64,000 bases of DNA from an uncultured delta proteobacterium (GTDB lineage: Bacteria > Desulfobacterota > Desulfomonilia > UBA1062): NCBI GenBank assembly GCA_963785235.1, contig CAWAUM010000005.1, positions 480,001-544,000 on the forward strand, given 5' to 3'. Shown piece by piece: positions 1 through 11,433 of the stretch. The position numbers and the translations under genes were made by a program. The notes under the pieces are model-generated. The model was given only the letters and a program-made list of their open reading frames with translations. It had not been told where the DNA came from and did not search any database. The first letter of the stretch is position 1; each line of letters begins with the position of its first letter.

Positions 1-726
1 CCTCATGCCATAATAGGTATCCAGCGGCACAGCAAAGGCCTCAACCCCCTGCTTCTGGAGATCGACAAGCAAAGGGGTGATCTTGTCATTCTTATTGTTG
101 ACCTGTTTGGAAATAACCGTCATTCCAGCCGACGCAGCAACCTTCTTTGCCTCTTCCATGTGTGCGATGCCGTTCTCGTCATCACTGTTGATGATGCCTA
201 TTGTCTTGAGCTTGGGAAATGCGAGCTTTACGATCTTGAGGGCATCTTTCATGCTCATGTAGAGTGTGGACCCGGTAAAACCAGGGCCTGCCTGCGTCAT
301 GGACTTGCACCCTGCAGCAGTAGGGATGGCTACAGCAGTAAATACCAGGGGGATGCCTTCACCGATGATCTTGTCCTTTGCATATTTGGTGGCAGGTGTT
401 CCTATGGACAGCACAAGGTCAGGCTTTGTGTCAGCGATCCTCATGGCTTCGCTCTTAATCTGCATGAGCACACCCACCTTGCTCCACATGGTTGCCTTTT
501 CCATGTCGAATCCAATAATCTTCCGCCTGATCTCAAGGTTCTTGCCCTGGACAAACCCATTTTTCGCAAGCTCTTTGACAAAAGCCAGGTATGACTTCTG
601 GAACGGCTCGATATTCGTAACCTGTAAAACCTCGATCTTGATTTTCTTTTCCTCTGCAAGGCAGGTCATGCTCAGTCCGGCCAAGAGAAAAAAGACACAA
701 CCGATCATAAAAATAGTTTTTTTCAT
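1..726 (-). CDS. ABC transporter substrate-binding protein (ABC_sub_bind / Trp-Tyr type), runs off the window edge
   Basis: Read manually (not in ORF track): MKKTIFMIGCVFFLLAGLSM signal peptide, then KPDLVLSIGTPAT, GIPLVFTAV and KTIGIINSDDENG motifs; GGGAGG RBS upstream. Confidence 0.75.
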   Translation of the reverse strand, partial: MKKTIFMIGCVFFLLAGLSMTCLAEEKKIKIEVLQVTNIEPFQKSYLAFVKELAKNGFVQGKNLEIRRKIIGFDMEKATMWSKVGVLMQIKSEAMRIADTKPDLVLSIGTPATKYAKDKIIGEGIPLVFTAVAIPTAAGCKSMTQAGPGFTGSTLYMSMKDALKIVKLAFPKLKTIGIINSDDENGIAHMEEAKKVAASAGMTVISKQVNNKNDKITPLLVDLQKQGVEAFAVPLDTYYGMR

Positions 727-837
727 TGTTTTCCTCCCTCCCCAGAAACATATCCCTCCATGGAATTACAAATTGTTCATCCCTGCAATGAATCAAACTC
801 TAAACACATATCCGATAGTGAGTCAACGCATAGAACC

Positions 838-3618
838 TTATCTTTTAAGACGCCCCTTGAGATACTGGCCGGTATATGACCCGGCGACCCGGGTAATCTC
901 CTCTGGGCTGCCCTGGGCGACAAGGTTGCCGCCTTCATCTCCGCCCTCGGGGCCGAGATCGATGATATGGTCTGCGGACCTTATCATATCCATGTTATGC
1001 TCGATGATGATAACCGTGTTCCCCTCATCCACCAATCTATGAAGAACGATAAGGAGTTTGTTGATATCATCAAAGTGCAGGCCTGTAGTGGGTTCATCGA
1101 GTATGTATACTGTTCTGCCGGTTGAACGCTTGGAAAGTTCCCTGGCCAGCTTGGTCCGTTGGGCCTCGCCCCCTGAAAGGGTTGTGGCGCTCTGGCCGAG
1201 CCTGATGTAATCCATGCCCACGTCAATGAGGGTCTTGAGCTTGCGCTTGATCTTGGGCACTGCGTCAAAGAGCTCGAAGGCCTGGCTTACGGTCATTTCA
1301 AGTACATCTGCTATGGACCTGCCCTTATACTTTATTTCCAGGGTCTCGTCATTGAACCGTCTCCCCTGGCACTGGTCGCACATGACATACACATCGGGCA
1401 GGAAGTGCATCTCGATCTTGATGAGCCCATCACCCTGGCAGGCCTCGCACCTTCCACCTTTGACATTGAAGCTGAAGCGGCCCGGCTTGTATCCGCGGAC
1501 CTTTGCATCGGGAAGCATGGAGAAGAGCTCCCTGATAAGGGTAAAGACACCCGTGTATGTGGCAGGATTCGATCTGGGTGTCCTGCCAATGGGGCTCTGG
1601 TCCACATTGATGACACGGTCAAGGTGTTCCAGGCCGGCAACGCCCTTTACCTGGAGATTGTGAATCCGGTTACCGGTGAGTGCACTGCTTAAAAACGGGT
1701 AGAGGGTGTCTATGACAAGGCTCGATTTGCCCGATCCCGACACACCGGTTATACAGGTGAACAGGCCCAGCGGAATATCCACGTTGATGTTTTTCAGGTT
1801 GTTGGCCCGGGCCCCTTTGATACGAAGGTAATTACCTAGCGGCCGCCTCGGGTGTTCAGGGGCATGGATCTTGATTCTGCCTGATAAATAATTCCCTGTC
1901 AGCGAAGATGTATCCTTTACAAGGTCTGCAGGGATACCCTGGAACACGATGCTGCCACCCTGCTCCCCTGCGCCCGGCCCCATGTCGATGACATAATCGG
2001 AACCGAGGATGGTTTCTTCGTCGTGTTCAACGACAATGAGCGTGTTGCCCAGGTCACGCAGGTGCTTCAGCGTATTGATCAGCCGCTCATTGTCCCTCTG
2101 ATGCAGTCCTATGGTCGGTTCATCAAGGATATACATGACACCCATCAGTGCCGATCCTATCTGGGTAGCAAGCCGGATACGCTGGGATTCACCGGATGAA
2201 AGCGTGCCGGCAGACCTGCTCAGAGATAAGTACCCGATACCCACCGAAGTCAGAAACCCAAGACGCTCGGTAATCTCTTTGATGAGCCGTGCTGCAATCT
2301 CTTCATTTTTAAGGCTCAATTTCAATGACCTGAAGAATGAGATCAGATCATCCACATTCATGGCGGTAAGTTCGAAGATATTTTTATCACCTATGGTAAT
2401 GTGCAGGACCTCGTTTTTCAGACGGGCACCCTTGCATGAAGGACAGGTGATATTGTTGAGGAAGCGTGAAATATCATTGCTGATGTCGCCTGTCTCGGTC
2501 TCCTTGAGCCTGCGCGATAGATTGGGGATGACGCCTTCGAAGGGCTCGGCATACGAGTCTTTCATGGCACCGCCGTAGAGTATCACCTGCCTGGCCTCTT
2601 CAGGGATCCTCTCAAAAGGGGTATTTTCATCGAACCGCAGATTCTTTGCCAGGTAACGGATCATGCGGCTCGCAAATCTGCCCGGAGGAACTCCCCAGGA
2701 AATGATGGCCCCCTGACTCAGAGAGCGCTTTTTGTCCGGGATTACCAGGTCAGGGTCGATCTTGATGAGCACACCCAGGCCATGGCACATATCGCATGCG
2801 CCATGGGGGTTGTTGAAGGAGAACATCCTGGGCGAAATCTCAGAAAATGAGGTATTACATACCGGGCAACTGTAATGCTCGGAATAGATGTACGATCCCC
2901 CAAGGTCATCCTCCACCGTGATTGTCCCGCCGGAGAGTTTGCATGCGGTCTCGATTGAGTCCAGCAGCCTTGTCATCACCTGGTCCTTGAGCACTATCCT
3001 GTCCACCACCACTTCGATGGTATGCTTTTTGTTCTTGTCCAGGCGGGGGACTTCTTCAATATCGTAGAGTTCGCCATTTACGCGCACCCTTACGAATCCT
3101 TCACGCGCGAGACGCTCGAAAAGCTTTGTATATTCTCCCTTGCGGCCGCTGATCAGGGGCGAGAAAAGGATCACCTTGCGGCCGGGCCCGTACTCGAGCA
3201 CGGCCTGGGCCATCTGCTGGATTGACATGGATTCTATTGCCCGGCCGCATATCCAGCAACGCGGCGTCCCGATTCGGGCGAAGAGTACCCGTAAATAATC
3301 GTAGATCTCAGTGACGGTCCCTACTGTGGAGCGGGGATTGTTGGAGGTGGTCTTCTGCTCGATGGCAATGGCAGGAGAAAGGCCTTCAATGGATTCCACC
3401 TGGGGTTTCGGCATCTGTTCCAGGAACTGCCTGGCATAGGCGCTCAGCGATTCAACATACCTGCGCTGCCCCTCTGCAAACAGTGTGTCAAAGGCGAGAG
3501 TCGACTTGCCTGATCCTGAAACACCTGTGATCACGACAAACTGATTGCGGGGTATACGGACATTGATGTTCTTCAGGTTGTGCTCGCTTGCGCCTTTGAT
3601 ATCTATGTAGTCTTTCAT
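838..3618 (-). CDS. uvrA: Excinuclease ABC subunit A
   Basis: Two ABC ATPase domains (GVSGSGKS twice, LSSGESQR/LSGGEAQR), zinc fingers, FSFNNPHGAC. ATG at 3618 (MKDYIDIKGA) preferred over the longer ORF start, which runs through a REP palindrome. Confidence 0.98.
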   Translation of the reverse strand: MKDYIDIKGASEHNLKNINVRIPRNQFVVITGVSGSGKSTLAFDTLFAEGQRRYVESLSAYARQFLEQMPKPQVESIEGLSPAIAIEQKTTSNNPRSTVGTVTEIYDYLRVLFARIGTPRCWICGRAIESMSIQQMAQAVLEYGPGRKVILFSPLISGRKGEYTKLFERLAREGFVRVRVNGELYDIEEVPRLDKNKKHTIEVVVDRIVLKDQVMTRLLDSIETACKLSGGTITVEDDLGGSYIYSEHYSCPVCNTSFSEISPRMFSFNNPHGACDMCHGLGVLIKIDPDLVIPDKKRSLSQGAIISWGVPPGRFASRMIRYLAKNLRFDENTPFERIPEEARQVILYGGAMKDSYAEPFEGVIPNLSRRLKETETGDISNDISRFLNNITCPSCKGARLKNEVLHITIGDKNIFELTAMNVDDLISFFRSLKLSLKNEEIAARLIKEITERLGFLTSVGIGYLSLSRSAGTLSSGESQRIRLATQIGSALMGVMYILDEPTIGLHQRDNERLINTLKHLRDLGNTLIVVEHDEETILGSDYVIDMGPGAGEQGGSIVFQGIPADLVKDTSSLTGNYLSGRIKIHAPEHPRRPLGNYLRIKGARANNLKNINVDIPLGLFTCITGVSGSGKSSLVIDTLYPFLSSALTGNRIHNLQVKGVAGLEHLDRVINVDQSPIGRTPRSNPATYTGVFTLIRELFSMLPDAKVRGYKPGRFSFNVKGGRCEACQGDGLIKIEMHFLPDVYVMCDQCQGRRFNDETLEIKYKGRSIADVLEMTVSQAFELFDAVPKIKRKLKTLIDVGMDYIRLGQSATTLSGGEAQRTKLARELSKRSTGRTVYILDEPTTGLHFDDINKLLIVLHRLVDEGNTVIIIEHNMDMIRSADHIIDLGPEGGDEGGNLVAQGSPEEITRVAGSYTGQYLKGRLKR

Positions 3619-3631
3619 GGATGTTCTTCTT

Positions 3632-3688
3632 GTAGGAGCGGCTTTAGCTGCGATTACTCGTTCCAATCACGGCTAAAGCCGCTCCTAT
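3632..3688. repeat. GTAG-family REP-like inverted repeat pair
   Basis: gtaggagcggctttagctgcgatt (3632-3655) and aatcacggctaaagccgctcctat (3665-3688) are inverted; a related copy is at 46772-46795. Confidence 0.75.
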
Positions 3689-3699
3689 ATCGTTCGCTC

Positions 3700-4605
3700 T
3701 CACAGATATATCCCGATATAATGATCTCCCATAATCATCTTGAGCCAATGCTCGAATGCCTCATTGCGAAACTTGTCCTGGAGGGTCTCTACAATTTCGT
3801 CCCGGACCTCATCAATGGGCTTGCCACCTGAAACGCCACGCTCAATAATTTGGTATATGAGTATGTTTTCGCCCAAGGTAATAGGACCGACAATGTCGCC
3901 AGGCTTTCCGGCAGCAAGGGCGGATCTGGCCTCATTCGCAAGATCGTCAACGGCTATCCAGCCTATGTCCGGATTGCCACTGACCGTCAGATCTGAATAA
4001 GCCTTGGCTACCTCTTCCATAGGAACGGCTTTACGAAGATCATCAAGTGCCTTGTTTGCCTTCTGAACATCCTTTTTTATCAGAATTTGTTTTAAATGAA
4101 GTGATTCAGCGCCTGTATATGCCTTGTGAGAGTCATAATAATCCTTTATCATGCTTTCAGTCACCACAATGCGGGATTTGACCATCAGTTCCATGAGGGA
4201 ATTCCTCTTTATGATGGACTGAGCGCTTACAATATCGATTTTCATGCCTTTGGCAACCTCTTCGGCTTGCTTGACATCAATCCGGGGCATACCCATGCTG
4301 CGGTAAACCTTGTCTACAATGACATCTTCCACCATGATCTGAAGGACCTGGCGGGCAGCTAAGGGATCATATTCTTGTGCGCCGAGTGTTTGCATTTTTT
4401 TCACAAGGTCGGAATGCATGATAACCTTTTCATCTACTACGGCCACGATTCCGTCGATCATCTCGCCTTGTACAGGGCTGCACCATAAAGTTAAAAGTAC
4501 TGCAGCAGCACAAGGCAGAAACAGCGTAACACCCTTAAGTCCAACTGCTGTAATCAGACGCCTTGCTATACTCATGTTTTTAAAGTTCTCCACACAAAAT
4601 CTCAT
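3700..4605 (-). CDS. SurA/PpiC-type peptidyl-prolyl isomerase
   Basis: IDGIVAVVDEKVIMHSDL (SurA N-terminus), HLKQIL, EVAKAYS, DIGWI and GDIVGPI rotamase motifs; directly downstream of mfd. Confidence 0.8.
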   Translation of the reverse strand: MRFCVENFKNMSIARRLITAVGLKGVTLFLPCAAAVLLTLWCSPVQGEMIDGIVAVVDEKVIMHSDLVKKMQTLGAQEYDPLAARQVLQIMVEDVIVDKVYRSMGMPRIDVKQAEEVAKGMKIDIVSAQSIIKRNSLMELMVKSRIVVTESMIKDYYDSHKAYTGAESLHLKQILIKKDVQKANKALDDLRKAVPMEEVAKAYSDLTVSGNPDIGWIAVDDLANEARSALAAGKPGDIVGPITLGENILIYQIIERGVSGGKPIDEVRDEIVETLQDKFRNEAFEHWLKMIMGDHYIGIYL

Positions 4606-4611
4606 TCTCCA

Positions 4612-7600
4612 TCACGATACCGCATATAATATCTCACGGATTTCATTGGGTATATCCTTTCCTTTCAGCGGTATCTCTATTACCCCCTCCGGCCTGAGTC
4701 TGCCCATTACTCGGGTAACAAAGGTAATCACCTTGTCAAGGTCCACAATGCTATCACGGCTCAGGTACAACCTCAACACATCTTCGCTCATATCGATCTT
4801 CTTAAACCTCTTTTTCTTCATTATGTCACGGACCTCGGAAATGAGGAGCAGGGACTTGACCGGGCCCGGGAGTGACCCATAGAGGTCTTTCAACTCTTCG
4901 CTTATTTCCGTGAGTTCATCGGTTGAGGCGGTGAAGAGCCTCTTATAAAGACCTAGCCTCAAATGCTGATCAGGACAAAAATCTTCGGGGATATATGCAT
5001 CAAGGCTTATCCTGATCTCCGGATCGATGGCGGGCAGTGTCTGCTTTCCCTGAAGTGAATCTACCGCTTCGTGGAGCATCTCCTGGTACAACTCGTAACC
5101 TATGGCCGTGACATGGCCCCACTGGGCCTTGCCTAAGATATCACCAACCCCCCTGATCTCCATATCGCGCATGGCCATATGGAAACCTGCACCCAGAGAT
5201 TCATATTCCTTGATGGCTGCAAGCCTTTTCTGGGCATCCTTTGTGATCTGACCGACCTCAGGGAGAAGAAGCAGGGCATGGCCCTTGATCTTTGACCTGC
5301 CAACCCTTCCCCTGAGCTGGTAGAGATCTGCAAGGCCGAACTTGTCGGCCCTGTTGATGATGATGGTGTTGGCATTGGAGATATCCAGGCCGGAGCTGAT
5401 AATGGCAGAGCTTACCAGCACGGTGATGCTACGGTCCATGAAGCTGCCCATGACCCGGTCCAGTTTGGTCCTCGGCATCTGGCCGTGGGCGACACCGATC
5501 CGTGCCTGGGGGCACAACACTTGAATATGACGGGCCATGGACTCGATGTTGGCTACAATGTTGTGAACGAAGAAAACCTGGCCTCCCCGTTCAAGCTCTT
5601 TGGTGATGGCCGCTGCAATTGCCTCGTCATCAAACCTTGTTACTATTGTATCTATGGATTTACGTTCTGCAGGAGGAGTCTCGATTACCGAAAGCTCTCT
5701 TAACCCCGATATGGCCATATTCAAGGTGCGGGGAATGGGCGTTGCCGTAAGGGTCAGGACATCCACTTCTGACCTGAAAGATTTGATCTTTTCCTTGTGC
5801 TGCACACCGAACCTGTGCTCCTCGTCCACCACAAGAAGGCCCAGATCCTTGAACTTGATCTTCTCCGAGAGCAAGGCCTGTGTCCCGATGATGACATCCA
5901 CCTTGCCGGCTTCAAGGTCAGAGAGTATCTCCTTGCTGTCTGCAGAGGTGCTCATACCGGACAGGGCCTCTACCCGGATGGGCCATTTGGCCATACGATC
6001 CCGGAAGGTAATGAGGTGCTGTCTGGCAAGCAAGGTTGTTGGTACAAGCAGCGTTACCTGTTTGCCCGACATTACCGCTGCAAATGCCGCCCTCAGGGCT
6101 ACCTCGGTCTTGCCGTATCCCACGTCTCCACAGATAAGTCTGTCCATGGGCCTAGAAGATGCCATGTCTGCATAGGTCTCTTCCACGGCCTTGAGCTGGT
6201 CATCGGTCTCATCAAAGGGGAACGAGTCTTCGAAGTCCTGTATCATAGGGCTTGCAGTGTCATATGACACGCCCTGGGCAGCCTGACGCTCGGCATAGAG
6301 CTGCAGGAGTTCGCCGGCCAGTTTCGCAACAGAATGGCTTGCCTTGGCCTTGGCGCTGGCCCACCTGGTACCTCCCAGTTTATCTATTGTGTAATGATCC
6401 GTGTCACCAATATAACGCTGGAGAAGTGAAAGGCGGTAAACAGGCACATAGAGCCTGTCTCCTCCGAGATACTCGAGCAATACATAATCGCTCAGGTTGC
6501 CGTCAATTTCCAGTCTGACAACACCTTTGAAAACCCCTATTCCATTGTCGCGATGCACAACGGCATCACCCACATTGAGCTGGGTAAATGGATCATAGAT
6601 GGGCGGGCCGGAAGGGGCCTTTTTTCTCTTTCTGCGGGCGCCAAGCATCTCTTCTGCAGATATGAGCGCTATGCCGAGCTCAGGCAGGATATAGCTTGAA
6701 GACAGGCTTCCCTCGATCATGCGTACACGGGCACCGAATCCACCATAATTCATCAGGAACTCTGCGCTTGTGGCTTCGGTCTTGAAGCCCCTGCTGGTAA
6801 AGGCGTGTTCGATGCGTTCGGTCAGCATGTCAGCACTGGAAAAAATGAATATATCCAGGCCGTCATGCACCAGGGAGACGATCCGGTCAAAGACTGCATC
6901 CACCGATTTGCAGGACAGCATCTCGAATCTGAGATGCGGATGGCCTGAGGTGACCCCCGACTCTGCAAGCAGAGGTGGATATCTGCCGGTCAAAACCTGC
7001 CATTTGGAGCGCCAGATCGGCTTTCTTTATCATTGAATCTTCAGGGACCACATAGACCCTCTGCCTGGTCAGCGCCCGATTATATCCATGGACACATGCA
7101 TCGAAACTCTCATCCCACAGGAAGCCTGTTTCGACTGGGTCAGGTCCTAAAATGACAGCGTTGCCGGGGAGATAATCAAAGATGGTAGATGGCTTTTCAT
7201 AGAAGTGCACCAGGTATGACTCTATTCCGGGGGTATGGATGCCCTGTTCCATATCCTCTATGATGAACCTGGTGTTTGCATCCCCCATCCTTCGAATGGG
7301 AGTCCTGGCGTTCTTCATGTGGGAATAGTCCAGAAGGACCTCGCTTGCAGGGAGTATTTCCGCAGACAATAAAGTCCCGCGGGTCCTCTGGGTCTGTACA
7401 TCGAAATTTTTGAGAGCAACGAGCTCATCGCCGAATAAATCGAGGCGTACAGGGGCGTTCATGCCAGGTGAAAAGATGTCCATGACCGAGCCCCTGATGC
7501 TGAATTGTGAAACATCATCCACAAGGGCTTCCCTGGTGTAGCCCATGCGGATGAGTGTCAGAGACAGGTTCTGTCTGTCTATCTCCTCGAGCGCCTTGAT

Positions 7601-7978
7601 GGTCACAATGCTTGAAAGAAGATCAATCTTGCCCATGGTGAAGCCGACAATGGCCGTCAGCGGCGCAATCACTATTGCAGCTGACTTTGTCAGCAAGGCG
7701 TGCAGGGTACTGATCCTGCGGGCCATTATCTCCTTTGAAGGACTGTCGTCCTGATATGGCCTAACATCATAAGGCGGGAATATCTTGACGTGTTCTGGTT
7801 TTAAAAAGCTGAGAAGGTCTTCTTCAGCCCTGTACATTTCATCCGTATCTTTTACGATCCAGAGCACGGGCTTTTTGTCATGTCGCCAGGTGGATGCCGC
7901 CACAAGCGCTCGGAGCGATGCAGGATAAAACCCGACAGAGCGCACAGACGAAAGCCTCTGTATCAATCTATTTTCCAT
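4612..7978 (-). CDS. mfd: Transcription-repair coupling factor, split by a frameshift near 6995
   Basis: N-part has FSIRGSVMDIF/PVRLDLFGDE (UvrB homology). C-part has CarD-like VVHRDNGIG, DRLICGDVGYGKT, DEEHRFGV, TATPIPRT, QLRGRVGR and TRCF. Confidence 0.95.
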
Positions 7979-9263
7979 GGTATTCTTCCAGCACCATCTC
8001 ATGCCGGGCAGGTGTCTTTTCAAAAGCGGCCACTGCGATAATCTCTTTGTCCGCCTCAAGGACCGGCCAGAAAGGCCTCAATACGCATGGTATCTTCATT
8101 CGGGCAAGGGTGCTTGAGAGCTTTTTGCCCATCATCTTGTCACCTTTCATATATGATCTGAGCAGGCAGGTCTCAGCAATGCCTCGGGTTATCGCAATAT
8201 GCACGGTCTTGTTGATCTCGGGTATGAAAATGCTTTCCTGTTTAGTTATCTTCCTTGCATAATGAGGACCTTCTGAAGTGAGGTGCACGATGAAAAGGTC
8301 GCCATCCAGGAGCATCTTGACCCTTCTCTTGATGGTATGTGCACGCAAGGTCCCCTTGACGACCTCAATGGCGGCATCTATCTGGATCGCGTCGATCCCG
8401 CGGGGTTCTTTGATAAACCCGGAGATGACAAGAATGAGAAATCTCTTTATAACTGCTTCGGGCGCTGTCCTCAGGTCATCAATCCTGAAGGCCTTGATCA
8501 TGACCCAGTCAAAAACAGTTGATCCTTGTTCAAGATCAAGGGCCATTTTCTCTAAGGCTGAACCCTCTTCTCTGGCAATACTCGCTAATGAGGCAATAGA
8601 GCGAACAGCCTGGGGATTTATCTTTTCCAATAATGGGATTATGTCCGCTCGAATATAGTTTCGGGCCAGCCGTATGTCATGGTTTGTCCTGTCGTTCTTA
8701 TGGGAAATCTTTTGCAATCGGGCATATTCGGATATATGACTCCTTTTCATGCTGAGCATGGGTCTGATAATTCCATCAGGCCTCATGAACTCAATTCCAG
8801 CAAGACCCCTGATGCCGGTACCCCTGATGATGCGATACAGGATGGTCTCGGCCTGGTCGTCAAGTGTATGGCCAGTTGCGGCAGAGGTGTATCCATGGTT
8901 CTGCATGCATGCGTGGATAGCTTCATACCTCCTCGTTCTGGCCTTCTCTTCTAGATTTGCCATGCCGGGGGTCATATTAAGCTCAACCAGATGAAATGGT
9001 ACTGAAAGCTCCCGGCACTTTTCATGCACGAAATTGGCATCCTGCCTGGATTCGCCTTTGCGTAAGCCATGATCCACATGGATGACGCCAAGCTTGAGAC
9101 CCAGGGACCAGCAGACAGAATGCATGAGGTCAAGAAGTACCATGGAGTCCATGCCGCCTGAGACACATACAAGCACGGAGTCGTCCCTGTTAACGCCACA
9201 TGGACCGGTGAGAGTACTAATAAAGGTGTTCAGGAGGTTATCATGTCGGTCATGGCTGTTCAT
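7968..9263 (-). CDS. tilS: tRNA(Ile)-lysidine synthetase
   Basis: SGGMDS PP-loop, HVDHGLR, EEKARTRRY, TGHTLDDQAET, RGTGIRGL, RNYIR. Confidence 0.95.
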   Translation of the reverse strand: MNSHDRHDNLLNTFISTLTGPCGVNRDDSVLVCVSGGMDSMVLLDLMHSVCWSLGLKLGVIHVDHGLRKGESRQDANFVHEKCRELSVPFHLVELNMTPGMANLEEKARTRRYEAIHACMQNHGYTSAATGHTLDDQAETILYRIIRGTGIRGLAGIEFMRPDGIIRPMLSMKRSHISEYARLQKISHKNDRTNHDIRLARNYIRADIIPLLEKINPQAVRSIASLASIAREEGSALEKMALDLEQGSTVFDWVMIKAFRIDDLRTAPEAVIKRFLILVISGFIKEPRGIDAIQIDAAIEVVKGTLRAHTIKRRVKMLLDGDLFIVHLTSEGPHYARKITKQESIFIPEINKTVHIAITRGIAETCLLRSYMKGDKMMGKKLSSTLARMKIPCVLRPFWPVLEADKEIIAVAAFEKTPARHEMVLEEYHGK

Positions 9264-9329
9264 TGCATTTTTCTTTAGTACCGAAGCAGATCCCGGTCAA
9301 GGCTTACATGGTTAAGGTTTAGAAAGAGG

Positions 9330-9464
9330 GTCAGAAACCAGAATAAGGTCTCCAGTTCAAGAAACTTGAGAACGACGATGTTTGTGAGCTATGTCGGTTT
9401 CTTTAAGAAATCAGCAACCTGTTGGAGGCCTATTAGCATGTCATTATGAATTCTGGCTTCTGAC
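9330..9464. repeat. Intergenic nested inverted repeat
   Basis: gtcagaaaccagaat (9330-9344) pairs with attctggcttctgac (9450-9464), 1 mismatch; weaker inner pair aataaggtctcca / tggaggcctatt. Confidence 0.5.
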
Positions 9465-9486
9465 TTCTGTCACCTGAGTATCAATT

Positions 9487-11433
9487 TCAAAATATTCTTT
9501 TATTGGCGGGAATCAAATTGATATTGTCAGGGACAATGAACTGTTCACCTTCGTGATTACCCCCTGGGTGGGTTCTAAGCCCCGGCCGGGGCACTACAAA
9601 AGGGTCAAGTTCATAATCCAGCTTCACTACGTTATATTCAACTGATGCATTCATATGCAGATTCAATTTTTCAAAGGCATGAAGCATCTTGGTGTTTTGC
9701 TCCCAGATATAGGCACGGAATATCTCAAATTCAAGATCAAGTGCGATCTTGGTCATTGAATTCAAAAGGTAGAAACCAAGGCCAAGATTCTGCCATGCCG
9801 GATGGACCATGACCGCAAACTCGCACGTCCTGCGTTTGTTATCCTCTTTATCCATAATTATATGGGTTATGCCGATAATGCTTGTTGTACCGGCATGAAC
9901 AGCCTCCACAACCAAGGCAAGCGAATTTTTATAATCACAGTTCACCATCTGCTGAGCCTGGCGATGGTGCAGCGATGTGAGGTGAATATGGAACCTGTGA
10001 AATTTTTCATCGCTGCTCAGAGAGTAGAACAGGTTCTGAATGCCACGCTCATCCGTGATCTTGACCGGCCTGATAAAGACCTCTTTCCCCCCAAATGTCT
10101 GCTGCTGTTCGTACTGGGAAGGGTAGAAAGAATCTTCAGGAGGAAGGACCTGGTCAGGATAGATATAGTTAATCCTCTTGGCCTCATCCAACAGCCACTT
10201 ACGGAATTTTGGATGGGCTATGGTTATGAGTTCGAGCACCCGCTCGCGGATGGATTTGCCGAAAAGGTTTACACTTCCGAATTCGGTTACTACATAGCTC
10301 ACATCGGTCTGAGTTGTGAAGACGCCCATTTTGGATTCGGTAAACCTGGGTACGATCCTCGATATGCTCCCGTCCCTTGAAGTTGACCTCAGGGCTATAA
10401 TGGCTTTGCCGCCTTTCGTAATCTGGGCTATCCTGTTGAAATGCGGTTGCCCCAGTGCGCCGAAGTGTGCACCCTGCTCACCCAGGGCCATGCACGACTG
10501 TCCTGTGATATCGATCTCCACGGCGCCATTGATGGCTACAAAGGGTGCCCTGCTAAGGATCGTCTGGGGATCGCTGACAAAGGTAAGCGGCCTCATCTGG
10601 ACTTGTTTGTTATTTCTGACAAAATCAAACAGCGCCTGGGTGCCGATGCAGAAAGAACCGGTTATAGTATTGCCTCTGGGAATTGCACCTGCACTGACAA
10701 GGTCGAAGACAGTATCCGTGATGATCTCGGAATGAATGGACAGGTCTTTTTTGTTTTTCATTGCCTTGAGTGCAGCGTCCGGTATCCTGCCAAAACCTAT
10801 CTGTATAGTGGAACCGTCTTTCACGAGATTTGCAACATGTTCACCTATCTGCATTGTTTCAAAGTCAAGTTCTTCTGCCTGAGAGCTGATTAAGGGCTCG
10901 TTGTGCTCCACGATGTAGTCGACTTCCGATATATGCACGAGGCTCTCTCCGCAGGTAAACGGCATGTGAGAATTGACCTGGGCTATTACAATCTCTGCAT
11001 GATCGATCATGGACTTCACCACATCAACTGTCACACCAAGGCTCATATAGCCCTGTTCATCAGGGGGGCTCAACTGGATGACAGTCGTGTTTATTCTTAT
11101 GGAGCCTTCCTGTATCAATCTGTCCAGCATGTCGGATGACAAAGGAATGTGGTCGGTCTTTCCGGTTGAGAACGAGCCGGACATTCCAGGCGACACAAAA
11201 AAGGAATGAATACGAAACCGGGAACCTGCCTCTCCGCCGAAGTTGGAATATGTTCGCAGCGGGATAGTGGTGTATACCTGGACATCGTTTAAGTCGATAT
11301 TGTCGAGGATAAGCTTCCGTACAAGGTACTGCGGCTCAGCGCACCCTGATTCCACAAACATGCTGGAACCCGGGTTGATTATACCCAGGACCTCTTCTGT
11401 GGTTATCCGCTTTTTCAGGTATTCTTCCATCAT
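9487..11433 (-). CDS. Acetyl-CoA hydrolase/transferase fused to a Pat-like GNAT acetyltransferase
   Basis: GCAEP, SPPDEQGYMSLG, IQIGFGRIPDA, IHSE, YVVTEFG, LITIAHPKFR; C-terminal IRPVKITDE...CEFAVMVHPAWQNLGLG GNAT. Confidence 0.88.
   Translation of the reverse strand: MMEEYLKKRITTEEVLGIINPGSSMFVESGCAEPQYLVRKLILDNIDLNDVQVYTTIPLRTYSNFGGEAGSRFRIHSFFVSPGMSGSFSTGKTDHIPLSSDMLDRLIQEGSIRINTTVIQLSPPDEQGYMSLGVTVDVVKSMIDHAEIVIAQVNSHMPFTCGESLVHISEVDYIVEHNEPLISSQAEELDFETMQIGEHVANLVKDGSTIQIGFGRIPDAALKAMKNKKDLSIHSEIITDTVFDLVSAGAIPRGNTITGSFCIGTQALFDFVRNNKQVQMRPLTFVSDPQTILSRAPFVAINGAVEIDITGQSCMALGEQGAHFGALGQPHFNRIAQITKGGKAIIALRSTSRDGSISRIVPRFTESKMGVFTTQTDVSYVVTEFGSVNLFGKSIRERVLELITIAHPKFRKWLLDEAKRINYIYPDQVLPPEDSFYPSQYEQQQTFGGKEVFIRPVKITDERGIQNLFYSLSSDEKFHRFHIHLTSLHHRQAQQMVNCDYKNSLALVVEAVHAGTTSIIGITHIIMDKEDNKRRTCEFAVMVHPAWQNLGLGFYLLNSMTKIALDLEFEIFRAYIWEQNTKMLHAFEKLNLHMNASVEYNVVKLDYELDPFVVPRPGLRTHPGGNHEGEQFIVPDNINLIPANKRIF

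Noticed and set aside
266-1042. Long antisense or alternative-frame ORFs in the track (e.g. 266-1042, 13701-14423, 45633-46616, 57562-57855, 57916-58164)
   Set aside because: They are shadows of well-supported genes on the opposite strand, with no motifs or RBS.
6887-7010. Programmed frameshifting or true split in mfd (likewise MCP, ligase 1, hppA, transglutaminase, 54.9 kb)
   Set aside because: Single indels in otherwise intact conserved genes are scattered across the window and are best explained as sequencing/consensus error; no convincing slippery site plus stimulator was seen.
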